From: Planctomycetota bacterium
GTDB lineage: Bacteria > Planctomycetota > JAJSAM01 > JAJVHW01
Direction: 5' to 3'
DNA length: 64,000 bases
Assembly (NCBI GenBank): GCA_021776825.1
Contig: JAJFFG010000103.1
Span: 11,145 to 75,144, forward strand
In this document: in pieces, positions 27,965-38,694 of the stretch
Layout: each line of letters starts with the position of its first letter
How positions within the stretch are numbered: the first letter of the stretch is position 1
Translations under genes and position numbers: made by a program
The notes under the pieces: generated by a model
Seen by the model: the letters and a program-made list of their open reading frames with translations, nothing else
What the model was told of the DNA's origin: nothing
The model's database searches: none

Positions 27965-30145
27965 TCAACGTGCGGCGGTCTCTCCACCGGGCGGGCGCAG
28001 CGCAGCGGGACCGGCCGCCGGGCCCGTGGCGGGAGCGGCATCGAGCACGTCCCGGACCTTCGCGCAGAGTTTCACGGGAGTGAACGGCTTCGCCAGGAAC
28101 GCGGTCTCCGGCGGGATCACGCCGTCCTCTGAGAGCAGGCCCGCGGTGTGCCCGGACATGTAGAGCACCGCGGTTTGCGGTCGCCGCTGCTGCACGACCT
28201 CAGCGAGCTGGCGACCCGTCACGCCCGGCATCATCACATCGGTGAGGAGCAGGTGGATCGGGCCAGCGTGTGTGTCGCAGAGCGTGATGGCCGCATCGCC
28301 ATCCTCGACGGCCAGCACCGTGTAGCCGGCGGCCTCGAGCGCGCACCGCACGACGGCGCCGACCGCGGGTTCGTCCTCCGCGACGAGAACGGTCTCGGCC
28401 CCCCGGGTCGCCGCAGTCCGGGGGCGCGCCTGCAATGGCTCCGCCGTGACGGAGTCGACGGCAGGCAACACGATGCGGAAGGTGCTCCCCTGCCCGGGGA
28501 TCGACTCGCAGACGACGTAGCCGCCGGACTGCTTGACGAAGCCGTAGACCATGGACAGTCCGAGTCCCGTCCCCTTGCCCTGCGGCTTGGTCGTGAAGAA
28601 CGGCTCGAAGATCTGGCTTCTGACGTCGTCACTCATGCCGACGCCGGCGTCCGTCACCGAGAGGCACACGCAGCGGCTCTGGTCCACATCAGGATGGGAG
28701 TTCGCGTCAGCGTCGGCGATCACGAAGTTCGTCACCCGGATCGTGATCGTCCCGCCACCCGGCATGGCGTCGCGCGCGTTGCCACACAGGTTCATCAGCG
28801 CCTGCTCGACCTGGCCCGAGTCCGCCGACACGCGCGCCAGCTCTGGGTCGAACTCCATGTGAACGGCGATTTCCTCCCCGACCAGGGTCTCCAGCAGTGA
28901 GGTCATTCCCGACGCGACCTCCCCGAGATCGAGGACGACGGGCGCGAGGGCCTGCTTGCGGCTGAATGCGAGGAGTCGCTGCGTCAGTGAGCTCCCACGG
29001 GCGACCGCCTCGGCGATCTTGCCGAGCCAGTACGCCTCCCGACTCCCTTCCCGCATCCTGGCGAGCGCGAGGTCCGCGTACCCGGCGATCACCGTCAGCA
29101 GATTGTTGAAGTCGTGCGAGAGTCCGCCCGCAAGATGCCCAATGGCCTCCATCTTCTGCGACATCCGGAGCTGCGCCTCGAGCTGCTCGCGCTCCTCTCT
29201 GGCGCGCGTCTCCTCGGTGACGTCGCGTACGGTGGCCTGCAGTAGCCCCTGCCCGCCGAACGCCGCCCGCGTGAGCATCACCGTCGCCGGGAACAGCTCG
29301 CCGTCGAGACGCTGGTGCGTCCACGTGAAGGAGTGCGAGCCCTCCTGCATCGCCGTCGCGATCATCTCGTCGGCCCTCTCGTCGGACCGACTGCCGTCGG
29401 GCTGCAGCTCTGGCGAGTACGCCTCACGACCACGGGAGAGGAGGCCCGCCTCGTCGTGCGCACCGAACATCTCGATCGCTGCGGGATTGCCGGAGGTGAA
29501 CTTCCAGGATGGCGGCGCGAGCGTCAGGATCGCGTCGTGCGACGACTCGAACAGCGTGCGGTGCTTCTCCTCGCTCGCCCTGACGGCCTCTTCACCGCGT
29601 CGGCGCTCGGTGGTGTCCACGACGATCGCGCGACACTCCTCTCCGTCCGCCGAGCGGCTGCCCTCGATCTGCACGACGATCGGCGCACGACCCTCACGCA
29701 ACAACGTGACCTCGCAGCGGCCCCCGGTTCCGGTCGCGAGCACGTCGGCGAGCAGGTCCTGGACGAAGTGCCGATCGGCCGGATCCACGAACACGTCGAG
29801 GCGCCGGCCGACGAGGCGGGACCGTTCGAGGCCGATCAGCTGCGCTCCCGTGAGGTTCAGCTGCCGGATCACGCCGTCGTGATCGAGGGTCAGGTAGCCC
29901 GTCGGAGCGAACTCGTACAGCTCCGTGGACCGGGCGAGGGCCGCTTCGAGTTCGGCCCGCGCCCGCCGCAGCTCGTCGTTCTGGAGTTCCAGCTCGATCT
30001 GGTGGACCCGCAGCTCGTGGACGATCCGGGCGTGGTCGTCGTCCCATGCGTCCTGCGCGTCTGGCACCTCACGAGCACGCAACTCCGCCTCGGCCTGACG
30101 CCGCAGCAGGTCGTCGTCGGGCATGAGGGGAGACTCGTCCGTCAC
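27965..30145 (-). CDS. PAS-domain hybrid sensor histidine kinase with a C-terminal receiver domain
   Basis: HisKA H-box ...HLAGGLSHDFNNLLTVIAGYADLA..., HATPase_c (…GTGLGLSMVYGFVKQSGG…), C-terminal REC (…LLLTDVMMPGVTG…). Confidence 0.85.
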   Translation of the reverse strand: MTDESPLMPDDDLLRRQAEAELRAREVPDAQDAWDDDHARIVHELRVHQIELELQNDELRRARAELEAALARSTELYEFAPTGYLTLDHDGVIRQLNLTGAQLIGLERSRLVGRRLDVFVDPADRHFVQDLLADVLATGTGGRCEVTLLREGRAPIVVQIEGSRSADGEECRAIVVDTTERRRGEEAVRASEEKHRTLFESSHDAILTLAPPSWKFTSGNPAAIEMFGAHDEAGLLSRGREAYSPELQPDGSRSDERADEMIATAMQEGSHSFTWTHQRLDGELFPATVMLTRAAFGGQGLLQATVRDVTEETRAREEREQLEAQLRMSQKMEAIGHLAGGLSHDFNNLLTVIAGYADLALARMREGSREAYWLGKIAEAVARGSSLTQRLLAFSRKQALAPVVLDLGEVASGMTSLLETLVGEEIAVHMEFDPELARVSADSGQVEQALMNLCGNARDAMPGGGTITIRVTNFVIADADANSHPDVDQSRCVCLSVTDAGVGMSDDVRSQIFEPFFTTKPQGKGTGLGLSMVYGFVKQSGGYVVCESIPGQGSTFRIVLPAVDSVTAEPLQARPRTAATRGAETVLVAEDEPAVGAVVRCALEAAGYTVLAVEDGDAAITLCDTHAGPIHLLLTDVMMPGVTGRQLAEVVQQRRPQTAVLYMSGHTAGLLSEDGVIPPETAFLAKPFTPVKLCAKVRDVLDAAPATGPAAGPAALRPPGGETAAR

Positions 30146-32964
30146 GGTGCGGGATCCTGGGGCGTCGCGGGTCCGTCGGCACCGCCGCCGGCCTGCTCGG
30201 TTCGCTGGGGGCGATGCTCCGCTCGCAGCACCTCCTCGACCTCGTCGAGTCTGGTCTCCTGCTCGGCGATCCTCTCTTCCAGGCCCGCCTGCGTCTGGCG
30301 CAAGCGATCCTCCAACGCCCTCGCGGCGGTAATGTCGGTGAAGGTGATCGTCGCGCCGTCGATTCGGTCGTCGACCGTCCGATAGGGCGAGATGCGTACG
30401 TCGAACCAGCGCCCATCGCTCGCAGCGACCGACTCCTCGTGCGGTGTCAGCGTCCGCAGCACCTCGCGCACGTCGCCCATCAGCCCCGGGTACTCGAGCT
30501 GCGACGCAAGATCCGTGATCGGCCGACCCACATCGCTCGGGATCAGCCGGAAGACGCGATGCGATCCGGCCGTAAAGAGTCGCACGCAGAGTGACGCGTC
30601 CAGGAAGACGGTCGCAATCTCGGAGTTCTCGAGCAGGTTGCGAAGATCGCTGTTGACCCTCGAGACGTCGTCGACCTTCGCGAGGAGCTCCTGGTTCAGA
30701 GTCTGCAGTTCCTCGTTCAGCGACTGCAGCTCCTCCTTCGAAGTGGTCAGCTCTTCGTTGGTGGACTGGAGCTCCTCGTTGGCGGACTGGAGCTCCTCGC
30801 TCGCGGACTCGGCCTCCTCGCGGGCGGCCTGCATCTCCTCGCGCAGATAGCGCTGCTCGATTCGGGCCTCGTCGAGTTCATGCTCGATGGCTGCGCCAGG
30901 AGAGCCCGGCGCGCTGCCTGCTGTCTGTCCGCCACTGCGCGCCGGACTCTTGTCCTCGGAAGGCGTCACCACGTCGGTGAAGACGACCATCACCAGCCCG
31001 GCCAGCGCATGGGGACGCGCGAGGACCTGCACCGTCACGTCCACCATCTGCGCGCAGCCGCCGTCACGACTCACCCGTGCGGTCCGCCGCTGGATCGTGC
31101 CCACTGCGGCGAGCGCCTTCCGGAACTCACTGCCCAGCTCGCTGCGCAGGCCGTCGCGGGCCATGGCGAAGAGGTTCCAGTTGGCCTTGCCCGAGGCCGG
31201 CTCCAGGTACCTCCCGGTGCGACCGCTGACGAACACGATGTCGCCCTTGTCGTTGACGAGAACAGCCGCAGGTGCGTAGCGCCGTAGAAGCATCTGCTCG
31301 GCCAGTGACTGCAGGTTCGACGGCGACGTCGCGGTTCTCGCCGAGGGCGACACCGCTGGCCTCGCGAGTGGCACCACGGCGGGAAAATGGACCAGTTCGG
31401 AGCGTGATCCGGAGTCGAGCCGCTGATAGATCCGCGCCTTGCCGCGCGGCGCGGCGAACAGGCGGCTCGGCTCGCCGACCGTCTCGGCGCTCCCCAGGAA
31501 GAGGAAGCCGCCCGGGTTCAGGGCATGGTGGAAGAGCGGGAGGAGTCGCGCCTGCAACTCGCGCGTCAGGTAGATGAGGAGGTTGCGGCAGGTCACCAGG
31601 TCGATCTTCGAGAACGGCGGGTCCATCAGGACGTCCTGCGGCGCGAAGATCACCGTCTCTCGGATGGACTGCGCGATCCGGTAGCCGCCGTCCTCCGTCC
31701 TGGTGAAGAAGCGCTCGAGCCTCTCGGGCGACACATCCGCCACGATGTTCTCGGGGAACACACCCGTGCGCGCCTTGGCAATCGCGTCGCGGTCCAGGTC
31801 GGTCGCAAAGATCTGGAGCGAGCGACTCCGGGCCGACTCGCGGGCATCCAAGGCCTCCCTGAAGACCATGGCCAGGGAGTACGCCTCCTCGCCGGTCGAG
31901 CAACCGGCCACCCAGATCCGGATGGCCTGACCGGGCGTGTGACGCTCGAGCAGTGCCGGGACGACGTCGGCCTCCAACTCGGCCCACGCCTCCGGGTCAC
32001 GGAAGAAGTTCGTGACCCCGATCAGGAGCTCCTTGAACAGCAGGTCCAACTCCTGGGGGTTCTCCCGCAGGAACTGGACGTACGTGAGGATCCGCTCGAT
32101 CTGGTGGATGCCCATGCGCCGTTCGATCCGACGCGCCACGGTGGTCTTCTTGTAGAGCGAGAAGTCGTGGCCCGTCTGCGCCCGCAGCAGGATCACGATC
32201 TTCTCGAAGGCGCTGTGGGCCGGCCCGTCGTCCAGCGGCCCGGCCGGCGCCAGGAGCGGCGCGTGGTGGAGGTACTCGGCGATCTTCCCGGGCAGCGCTT
32301 CGGCCGGCGCGACGACGTCCGCCAGCCCGGCCTCGATGGCGCTCCGGGGCATGCCGTCGAACGCGGCCGAGGCCGGATCTTGGACGAACACAACGCCCGC
32401 CTTGCCCTTGATGCCCTTCAGCCCCAGCGTGCCGTCCGTGCCCATCCCAGAGAGAACGACGCCGATGCTGTGTTGCTGCTCATCGTCGGCCAGGGAGCGG
32501 AAGAAGAAGTCGATCGGGAGACGCAGCCCGTGCGTCGCGGACGGATCGAGCAGATGCAGCACGCCGTGCAGGATGGAGAGGTCCTTGTTCGGCGGGATCA
32601 CGTAGACGTGGTCTCGCCGAACCTGCGTGTGATCGGTGATCTGGACGACCTTCATCGGCGTGGTGCGCTGTAGCAGATCCGGCAGCATGGCCTTGTGGTT
32701 GGGGTCCAGATGCTGGACCACGATGAAGGCCATGCCGCTCCGCGGCGGCACGCTCTCGAGGAAGAGCCGGAGGGCCTCGAGCCCCCCCGCGGACGCGCCG
32801 ATGCCGACGATCGGGAACCTGCCGTCGGCCCCCTCGGCATCAGACGTGCGCACGACGAGCTCGTCGATCGGCCCGCCAGCCCCCTTCGCGGGCTTCTTCG
32901 CGGACCCCTTCGCGGGCTTCTTCGCGGGCTTCTTCCGAGGCGCGGGGCTGTCTGCACTGGTCAC
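30142..32964 (-). CDS. CheB methylesterase / CheR methyltransferase fusion with PAS domains and a coiled-coil. The start is probably a GTG near 32964. The track ORF extends to 33129.
   Basis: CheB: ...IVGIGASAGGLEAL...FIVVQHLDPNH.... CheR: ...WVAGCSTGEEAYSLAM.... Heptad-like EELQS(A/T)NEEL repeats. Lys-rich N-terminus (KKPAKG x3) encoded by a 21-24 bp tandem repeat. ATGA overlap with the kinase gene. Confidence 0.8.
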   Translation of the reverse strand: MTSADSPAPRKKPAKKPAKGSAKKPAKGAGGPIDELVVRTSDAEGADGRFPIVGIGASAGGLEALRLFLESVPPRSGMAFIVVQHLDPNHKAMLPDLLQRTTPMKVVQITDHTQVRRDHVYVIPPNKDLSILHGVLHLLDPSATHGLRLPIDFFFRSLADDEQQHSIGVVLSGMGTDGTLGLKGIKGKAGVVFVQDPASAAFDGMPRSAIEAGLADVVAPAEALPGKIAEYLHHAPLLAPAGPLDDGPAHSAFEKIVILLRAQTGHDFSLYKKTTVARRIERRMGIHQIERILTYVQFLRENPQELDLLFKELLIGVTNFFRDPEAWAELEADVVPALLERHTPGQAIRIWVAGCSTGEEAYSLAMVFREALDARESARSRSLQIFATDLDRDAIAKARTGVFPENIVADVSPERLERFFTRTEDGGYRIAQSIRETVIFAPQDVLMDPPFSKIDLVTCRNLLIYLTRELQARLLPLFHHALNPGGFLFLGSAETVGEPSRLFAAPRGKARIYQRLDSGSRSELVHFPAVVPLARPAVSPSARTATSPSNLQSLAEQMLLRRYAPAAVLVNDKGDIVFVSGRTGRYLEPASGKANWNLFAMARDGLRSELGSEFRKALAAVGTIQRRTARVSRDGGCAQMVDVTVQVLARPHALAGLVMVVFTDVVTPSEDKSPARSGGQTAGSAPGSPGAAIEHELDEARIEQRYLREEMQAAREEAESASEELQSANEELQSTNEELTTSKEELQSLNEELQTLNQELLAKVDDVSRVNSDLRNLLENSEIATVFLDASLCVRLFTAGSHRVFRLIPSDVGRPITDLASQLEYPGLMGDVREVLRTLTPHEESVAASDGRWFDVRISPYRTVDDRIDGATITFTDITAARALEDRLRQTQAGLEERIAEQETRLDEVEEVLRAEHRPQRTEQAGGGADGPATPQDPAP

Positions 32965-33224
32965 GGCTGCTCCCCCCGGCACGAGCCGGTACCTCGCTCG
33001 GCGTCCGTCGCGAGTTCGGCGGCGTGGACGCACCACCGAACCATCGTGGAATGAGGTCCGTCGTGCGAGCGCCTCGCGTGGACGTGTCCCTTCGGTACGG
33101 CAAGGGCCGGGCACGGCTCCACACCCCATGGAGATAATAGCCGCACGGAGGCGCCGGGAGTGCCTGGATCAGTGACCTCCGCGCCCGATCGCACGACGCA
33201 GTCGTGGCTCACGCTTCGAACCGG

Positions 33225-34880
33225 TCAGTACGACGAGATCGTCAGACGCTCATCCCGGTCGCGAACGACGACGATCGGGTCGCTGGCCCCGCCGCGCAGA
33301 TCGATCGGCGTGAGGAACGTGAGGGGCGCGTCGGCCCTCTCGAACGACAGCCGAACCCAGCCGTTGTCGCCCCGCTCGCTCGCAGAGTAGAGCGCCTCGT
33401 TCGGGCCGAGGTCACGGACGTGCACGAGGACGATCTCCGTTCGCTCGAAGTCCTCACGGCCCCGCACGTTGAGCAGTATGCAACGGACGAGCTCCGGACG
33501 CGGCGTGCGCAGCATCCACCGTACGCGGAGCGAGACGCGGTCGAGGGGCGTGGCGATCAGCTCGACCTCGTCGGACCAGTCCGGCAGCGGTCGTGAGCTA
33601 CCGAGCTCGACGCCTGCGGCGCGGACCTCGAAGTGCGTGCTCGTGGGGAGCTCGACGGTTGCGTAGCCCTCCGCGTCCGTCCGAGCGCGAACCTCGCGCG
33701 GTGGTCGGTGACGCGGGCCGAGGCGTCCACCGGTCGGCACCACGTTCAGCGCGAGCTCTGGGATCGGGCCACCATCGAGATCGACGATACGGAGTCGCGT
33801 CGTCCGAGTCGGCACGACGCGCGCGACGTTGGGTTCGAGATCCGCCGTGAGCGAGCGCAGGAACGCGACGAGATCGCTGCGCTCCTGGAGGTTCAGCTGG
33901 AGGAGCGGCACCTCCGATCCGAGGGGGCGGTCGAGGTAGCGGGCCACCACGCCCTCGAGCGTGGCGATGGAGCCGTCATGCATGTACGGCGGTCGCACGG
34001 CGACGTCGCGCAGGTTCGGCGTCTTGAACTTCCCGAGGTCGCCGGGTCGTCCTGTGAACGCGCCCGCTCCGGCATCCGCTTGCGACTTGTCGTGAACGAG
34101 CGAACCCATGCGGTGCATTCTCCCGTCCGTGATCGCGCGACCCTGGTCGACGGGATGGCAGCGCGCACACTTCGCACGCCCCCGGAACAGCTCGTACCCG
34201 CGACGCGCGCGCTCCGACACGGCCGTCGCGTCGCCGGCAACGAAGCGGTCGAAGGGACTCTCGCCGGATCGGATCGTGAGCACGTACGCCTGGAGAGCCT
34301 GGACGGCGCGATCGATCGTGATATCGGGTTCCCCGAATGCGGCGGTGAACCCGGGCACATACCGTCCACTCAGCTCCAGCCAGAACGCTCCGCCGGCATC
34401 GAGCGTCGGCGCCGTCGCCCGTTTCAACGAGTCGGAGTATCGACTCGGGCCGCGGTGTGCTGACCGCTTTCCGGCGGGCCCGCGGTAGTTGGCGGAGAGA
34501 CGGGCTGAGGATCGGATCGCCGCGCCGGCCGCGGACGCGACCTGCGCGACGAGCAGATCCTCGAGGCTCGTGAACTCGCCATCCCAATGCAGTCGCGACT
34601 CGCCGATGTCGAGCAGCGTCTGACTGTGACGTCGCGTCAACGACACACCGTCGTGCGACCGGACACGCGGATCGGAGTACGCGTGATCCGGATCGTGGCA
34701 GTCGGCGCAGGACACACGCCCGCGCGACGTCGCAGCGCGCTCATGGAACAGCCGCCGACCGAGTTCGACGATCGCGTCCGGCGGCGTCGGTTCCGCAGCG
34801 CGCGTCCGGCGCGCGACGCCGACGACGCCCAGCGCCAGAGTAACCGTGACCGTCAGAGCGAGAGTCGTGCGCCGCATCAA
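33225..34880 (-). CDS. Di-heme cytochrome c peroxidase (CCP/MauG) family protein with a C-terminal extension
   Basis: Two heme c motifs, CADCH and CARCH; signal peptide. The C-terminal ~200 aa resemble a carboxypeptidase-regulatory-like beta domain. Confidence 0.75.
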   Translation of the reverse strand: MMRRTTLALTVTVTLALGVVGVARRTRAAEPTPPDAIVELGRRLFHERAATSRGRVSCADCHDPDHAYSDPRVRSHDGVSLTRRHSQTLLDIGESRLHWDGEFTSLEDLLVAQVASAAGAAIRSSARLSANYRGPAGKRSAHRGPSRYSDSLKRATAPTLDAGGAFWLELSGRYVPGFTAAFGEPDITIDRAVQALQAYVLTIRSGESPFDRFVAGDATAVSERARRGYELFRGRAKCARCHPVDQGRAITDGRMHRMGSLVHDKSQADAGAGAFTGRPGDLGKFKTPNLRDVAVRPPYMHDGSIATLEGVVARYLDRPLGSEVPLLQLNLQERSDLVAFLRSLTADLEPNVARVVPTRTTRLRIVDLDGGPIPELALNVVPTGGRLGPRHRPPREVRARTDAEGYATVELPTSTHFEVRAAGVELGSSRPLPDWSDEVELIATPLDRVSLRVRWMLRTPRPELVRCILLNVRGREDFERTEIVLVHVRDLGPNEALYSASERGDNGWVRLSFERADAPLTFLTPIDLRGGASDPIVVVRDRDERLTISSY

Positions 34881-34978
34881 TGCCTCCCGACCTCCAAACG
34901 ACGCGGGGCACGCGCGGGTTACGCGTCGACGGGAGGTGCGGCGTGCGGGTCACGTGACACGGGGACTAGACTCCGTGC

Positions 34979-36397
34979 ATGCGCGCGTCCGCTGCCGCCA
35001 TTGCGATCCTCCTCTTCGCGGTCGCCGGCGTGGCCCGCGCCGATGCGCTCGATGACGCGATCGTCGAGGCGCGCGTGCAGCGCGTCCCCGCCCTGGCGCG
35101 TCTCGCGACGTGGTGCCAAGAGAAGAAGCTCTATGCGTCGCGCAATGCCATCGCGGAGGAGATCCTGCGGAGCGACCCGACGCACGTCCGGGCGCACCGG
35201 TGGCTGAAGCACAGGCTGAAGGGGGACGACTGGGTCGCACCCACCCGGCCGCCGACAGCGCGGGATCTCGACGTCGCGTCCCTGACCGCGTTGCCAGTCC
35301 GCCGCACGGCCGAGATGCTCCCGATCGCGCAGGCGATCCGTGGCGCCCTGGCCGAACACACGGAGCTCGTCAGCCCCGGCCGACGCGAACGCGTGCTCCG
35401 ACAGATCCTCGAGCTCATCCCGACGGACACGCGAGCCCACGAGGAGCACGGCGACGTGAAGGTGGGCGCAACGTGGGTGCTGGCCGAGACCGCCGCGGCG
35501 CGGCTTCGAGCGCCGGAGATCGCGAAGCGGGCGAAGGCCGCGATCGCCGCGGTACCCGCGCCGCGCCAACTCCCCGAACCGATGAGCTGTCGCGACATGG
35601 GCCTGACATGGGTCGGCGTCGTGAAGACCTCCGACGTCTTCGTCGCGGCAACGACGAGCCGCGCCGAGGCCGAACGCACTGTCATCGGATGCCAGGCCAC
35701 GCCCGCAGTCTTCGCGGCGGCGTTCGGGATCGAGCAAGTGCTCCCCCCGGGGCTCGAGCTCTACAACCTGCTCGGCGCCGAAGAGGCCGAGAAGTTCATC
35801 GCCCTCCACCCGAAGGTCGACGACGACACGCGCAGGGTCTGGCGCTCCTACGGGGGAATCACGCTCGGGGCGACCTACGCGAGCATGAGCTACCACCTGT
35901 CCGAGGAGTGGCGCGTGGAGGCGAGTGTCGCCCGTGCGGCTCGATACCTGCTCTACGGCGCGTTCTCGTGGGATCTCGGCAAGAAGCCGTGGGCCGCCGA
36001 GGCGTTCCGGCGCTACCTGACGTGGCATGTCACGCACACGCGCGTCACGTTCACACGGCGCGAGTCGGAGTACGCCGATCAAGCCCGTGAGCGAGCCGCA
36101 CACGACCAGACTCGAGTCGACTGGTACGTCGGCGCCCTGAAGACGCTGCGCAGTTGGAGTCCAGCCGACCTGCACGAGAGTCTCGGCAAGCCCGTGAACC
36201 GCATCACGCTGGACGACGCTCGTGTCGGGAACGCGATCGCGGCGTACTACGTCGAAGGGCGCCCCGACGAGGCGGAGCCCTTCGTCCGCGCGCTCGGCGG
36301 CGACACACCAACGATCGACGTCTTCCGCGACGTCTCCGGGCTCGATCTGGAGGCCCTCCGCCTGCGGTTGATCCAGTGGCTCGAAGAGCGTCTCTGA
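34979..36397 (+). CDS. Secreted hypothetical protein
   Basis: Signal peptide MRASAAAIAILLFAVAGVARA. 472 aa. No recognised family. Confidence 0.5.
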   Translation: MRASAAAIAILLFAVAGVARADALDDAIVEARVQRVPALARLATWCQEKKLYASRNAIAEEILRSDPTHVRAHRWLKHRLKGDDWVAPTRPPTARDLDVASLTALPVRRTAEMLPIAQAIRGALAEHTELVSPGRRERVLRQILELIPTDTRAHEEHGDVKVGATWVLAETAAARLRAPEIAKRAKAAIAAVPAPRQLPEPMSCRDMGLTWVGVVKTSDVFVAATTSRAEAERTVIGCQATPAVFAAAFGIEQVLPPGLELYNLLGAEEAEKFIALHPKVDDDTRRVWRSYGGITLGATYASMSYHLSEEWRVEASVARAARYLLYGAFSWDLGKKPWAAEAFRRYLTWHVTHTRVTFTRRESEYADQARERAAHDQTRVDWYVGALKTLRSWSPADLHESLGKPVNRITLDDARVGNAIAAYYVEGRPDEAEPFVRALGGDTPTIDVFRDVSGLDLEALRLRLIQWLEERL

Positions 36398-36465
36398 CGG
36401 ATCGGGCGACGCAGACCTGACCAGCGGTTCGCCGGTTCGTCAGGCTCGCTGCGCGCGACGGTATC

Positions 36466-38694
36466 GTGGCGAGGGTGCGCCGGCCGATCGTCGCTCTGCT
36501 GCTCGCCGTGCTGCTGCTCGTCGTAGCGGTGGTGGCGGCTGTCCTCCTGACGCGGATGCCTGCCGACGACGCTCCCCGCGACGCAGCCCCCGAGCCGGAG
36601 GCTGCTGCACCAGCGAGCGACGAGTCACGCGACGTCCCCCGACGGCGCGAGCGCGCGGACCCGAGTGCGGAGACGTCGCCTGCCGAGGACGTTACGCCAG
36701 CACGACCGCAGGTCTCGCAACCGGAGTACGGCACCATCACCGGACGGCTCGAGTCGGCGGACGGCGAGCCCATCGCGGGCGCCGCGGTGCGGCCGGCACC
36801 GCGGTGGAAGTCCGACTGGGTGATCACGGGCGCCGACGGCTCGTTCCGACTCGTCGACGTCGCGCCGGACGAAGACGTTGTGCTGTGGGCCGTCGGAGCC
36901 GACGGCCCGAGCGGTAGCAGCGAGCCGATGACGGTACGAGCAGGCGAGACGACGTCGGGCGTGGTCGTGCGGCTTCCGCCCTCCGACCCGATCGAGATCG
37001 TCGGCCGCGTGCTCTACCCCGATGGCAACGTGCTGAAGGACAGCCGCGTCGGTAGCGGTGTGTACGTCGGCGTCGATGAGACGGTGGATGTGTCCATCGG
37101 CACGGTGTTCATGAAGCTGCCGGACGACGACTCCCCCGGCGGCCTGATCCGCAAGAGCATCGGTAGTCAGTTCAAGCTCGCTGACTGCCCGACCGGACAC
37201 TTCCGCTTCGTCTACGACCGCACGGCGCGAGCGGTCGTCGTGCGAGCCAACCACGGTGACTTCATGAAGGCCGAGAGCGCGTTCCTCGTGATCGAGGACG
37301 GCGTCTCTCGCATCGAGGTCGATCTGGTGCTGCAACCCGAGCGCACGATCCGCGGGCGGGTCATCGATGACGACGGCGCGCCGGTCGGCGGAGCGACGCT
37401 GCGCTGGAGGTCGAAGCCGGGAACGGGCAAGGACCCCATCACCACGAGCGGCGAGGACGGGCGATTCGAATTCCAGCTCGACCACGCCGACCAGAGCTCG
37501 GTGACGGCGTACGCCGACGGCTACGTGTCGGCGCAGGTGTACTTCGACAAGAAGAGCGACGAGATGACGCTGCGCGTGCGCCGAGCGCTCACGTGGAGCG
37601 GAGTCGTCCTGATGGCCGACGGCAGTCCCGCGCACGACGCCAGAGTCTCGGTCTTGCCCCGCGATGGGTATCCCGACGACGAGCATGGCAACCGGCCGCG
37701 TCGGAAGGCAACCGCCGACAAGGACGGCCGCTTCACCGTCGAGAACGTGTGGGCGCGCGCCTGGAACGTCAGCGTCGCGCCCCGCGCTGGTGAGTCACCT
37801 GGCTTCGAGGCAGCGACGGTCGAGAACGTCAGTCCCACGGACGGCCCTCTCGCGATCCACGTCCAGCCTGGCGAGAGCATCTCCGGGCGCGTCCTCGATG
37901 CGTCAGGGGCACCGATGTCAGGTGCCGCCCTAGCGGTGAAGCTCGTCAAGACGCGTCGGTGGAGGTCCGACGAGACGCGCTCCGACGCGGACGGGCAGTT
38001 CACGTTCGGAGGGCTGACACCGGGAGAGCACTCGATCCGCGTTCGTCCCGTTCCCGGCGCGACACAGTTCCGTGAGCAGACGATCCACGGTGTGGCGGCG
38101 GGATCCTCTGGGGTCGAAATCGCGGTCGAGACGGGTGCGACGCTCCGCGGACGTGTCGTTGACGGCGACGGCCGGCCCGTCGCCGGACGCGACGTGCTGG
38201 CGTTCCGAGCGGCGAGATCGCGGTTCTCTCAACCCAGCGCATCTGGCGTCACAACGGATGCTCACGGGAGGTTCGAGCTCGGCGGCCTACCGTCGGAGAC
38301 GCACCGACTGGTTCTCGAGTCGGCGTGGCCGGATCGCACGCTCAACTACCTCGGCGGCGGAGAGGACATCCTGCCCCCGGCCGACACTCTGGAGTTCGTC
38401 CTCTCACACGGCCCGACGATTCGCGGCTCCGTGCGCGACGCGACCGGCCAGCTACTGCCGGGCGCTCGGGTGATCCTTGTCGAGAACAACGGGAAGAAGC
38501 TCGTCGAGTGGAGCGATCGCGGTCGCTTCACGACCGACGAGAACGGCGAGTTCCGCGTTCTCGGCCTCCACCCGCGGCGCACGTACACGGTGGAGGTCTC
38601 CGCCGACGACCACGCGAAGACGAAGCGCGAGGAGGTCCGTCCAGACGGCCCGGCGCTGGCGATCCAGCTGACCCGGGCCGTCGAGAACGAGTGA
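36466..38694 (+). CDS. Membrane-anchored protein with multiple carboxypeptidase-regulatory-like (CarbopepD_reg) beta-sandwich repeats
   Basis: N-terminal TM; repeated ...GRV.D..G.P..GA.V... modules (e.g. GRVLYPDGN, GRVIDDDGAPVGGATL, GRVLDASGAPMSGAAL, GRVVDGDGRPVAGRDV, GSVRDATGQLLPGARV). Confidence 0.7.
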   Translation: MARVRRPIVALLLAVLLLVVAVVAAVLLTRMPADDAPRDAAPEPEAAAPASDESRDVPRRRERADPSAETSPAEDVTPARPQVSQPEYGTITGRLESADGEPIAGAAVRPAPRWKSDWVITGADGSFRLVDVAPDEDVVLWAVGADGPSGSSEPMTVRAGETTSGVVVRLPPSDPIEIVGRVLYPDGNVLKDSRVGSGVYVGVDETVDVSIGTVFMKLPDDDSPGGLIRKSIGSQFKLADCPTGHFRFVYDRTARAVVVRANHGDFMKAESAFLVIEDGVSRIEVDLVLQPERTIRGRVIDDDGAPVGGATLRWRSKPGTGKDPITTSGEDGRFEFQLDHADQSSVTAYADGYVSAQVYFDKKSDEMTLRVRRALTWSGVVLMADGSPAHDARVSVLPRDGYPDDEHGNRPRRKATADKDGRFTVENVWARAWNVSVAPRAGESPGFEAATVENVSPTDGPLAIHVQPGESISGRVLDASGAPMSGAALAVKLVKTRRWRSDETRSDADGQFTFGGLTPGEHSIRVRPVPGATQFREQTIHGVAAGSSGVEIAVETGATLRGRVVDGDGRPVAGRDVLAFRAARSRFSQPSASGVTTDAHGRFELGGLPSETHRLVLESAWPDRTLNYLGGGEDILPPADTLEFVLSHGPTIRGSVRDATGQLLPGARVILVENNGKKLVEWSDRGRFTTDENGEFRVLGLHPRRTYTVEVSADDHAKTKREEVRPDGPALAIQLTRAVENE

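Noticed and set aside
30690-30850. Tandem ~21-bp repeats (GACTGGAGCTCCTCGTTGG…) as a non-coding repeat
   Set aside because: They encode the EELQS(A/T)NEEL heptad coiled-coil inside the CheB-CheR fusion gene. The periodicity is a property of the protein.
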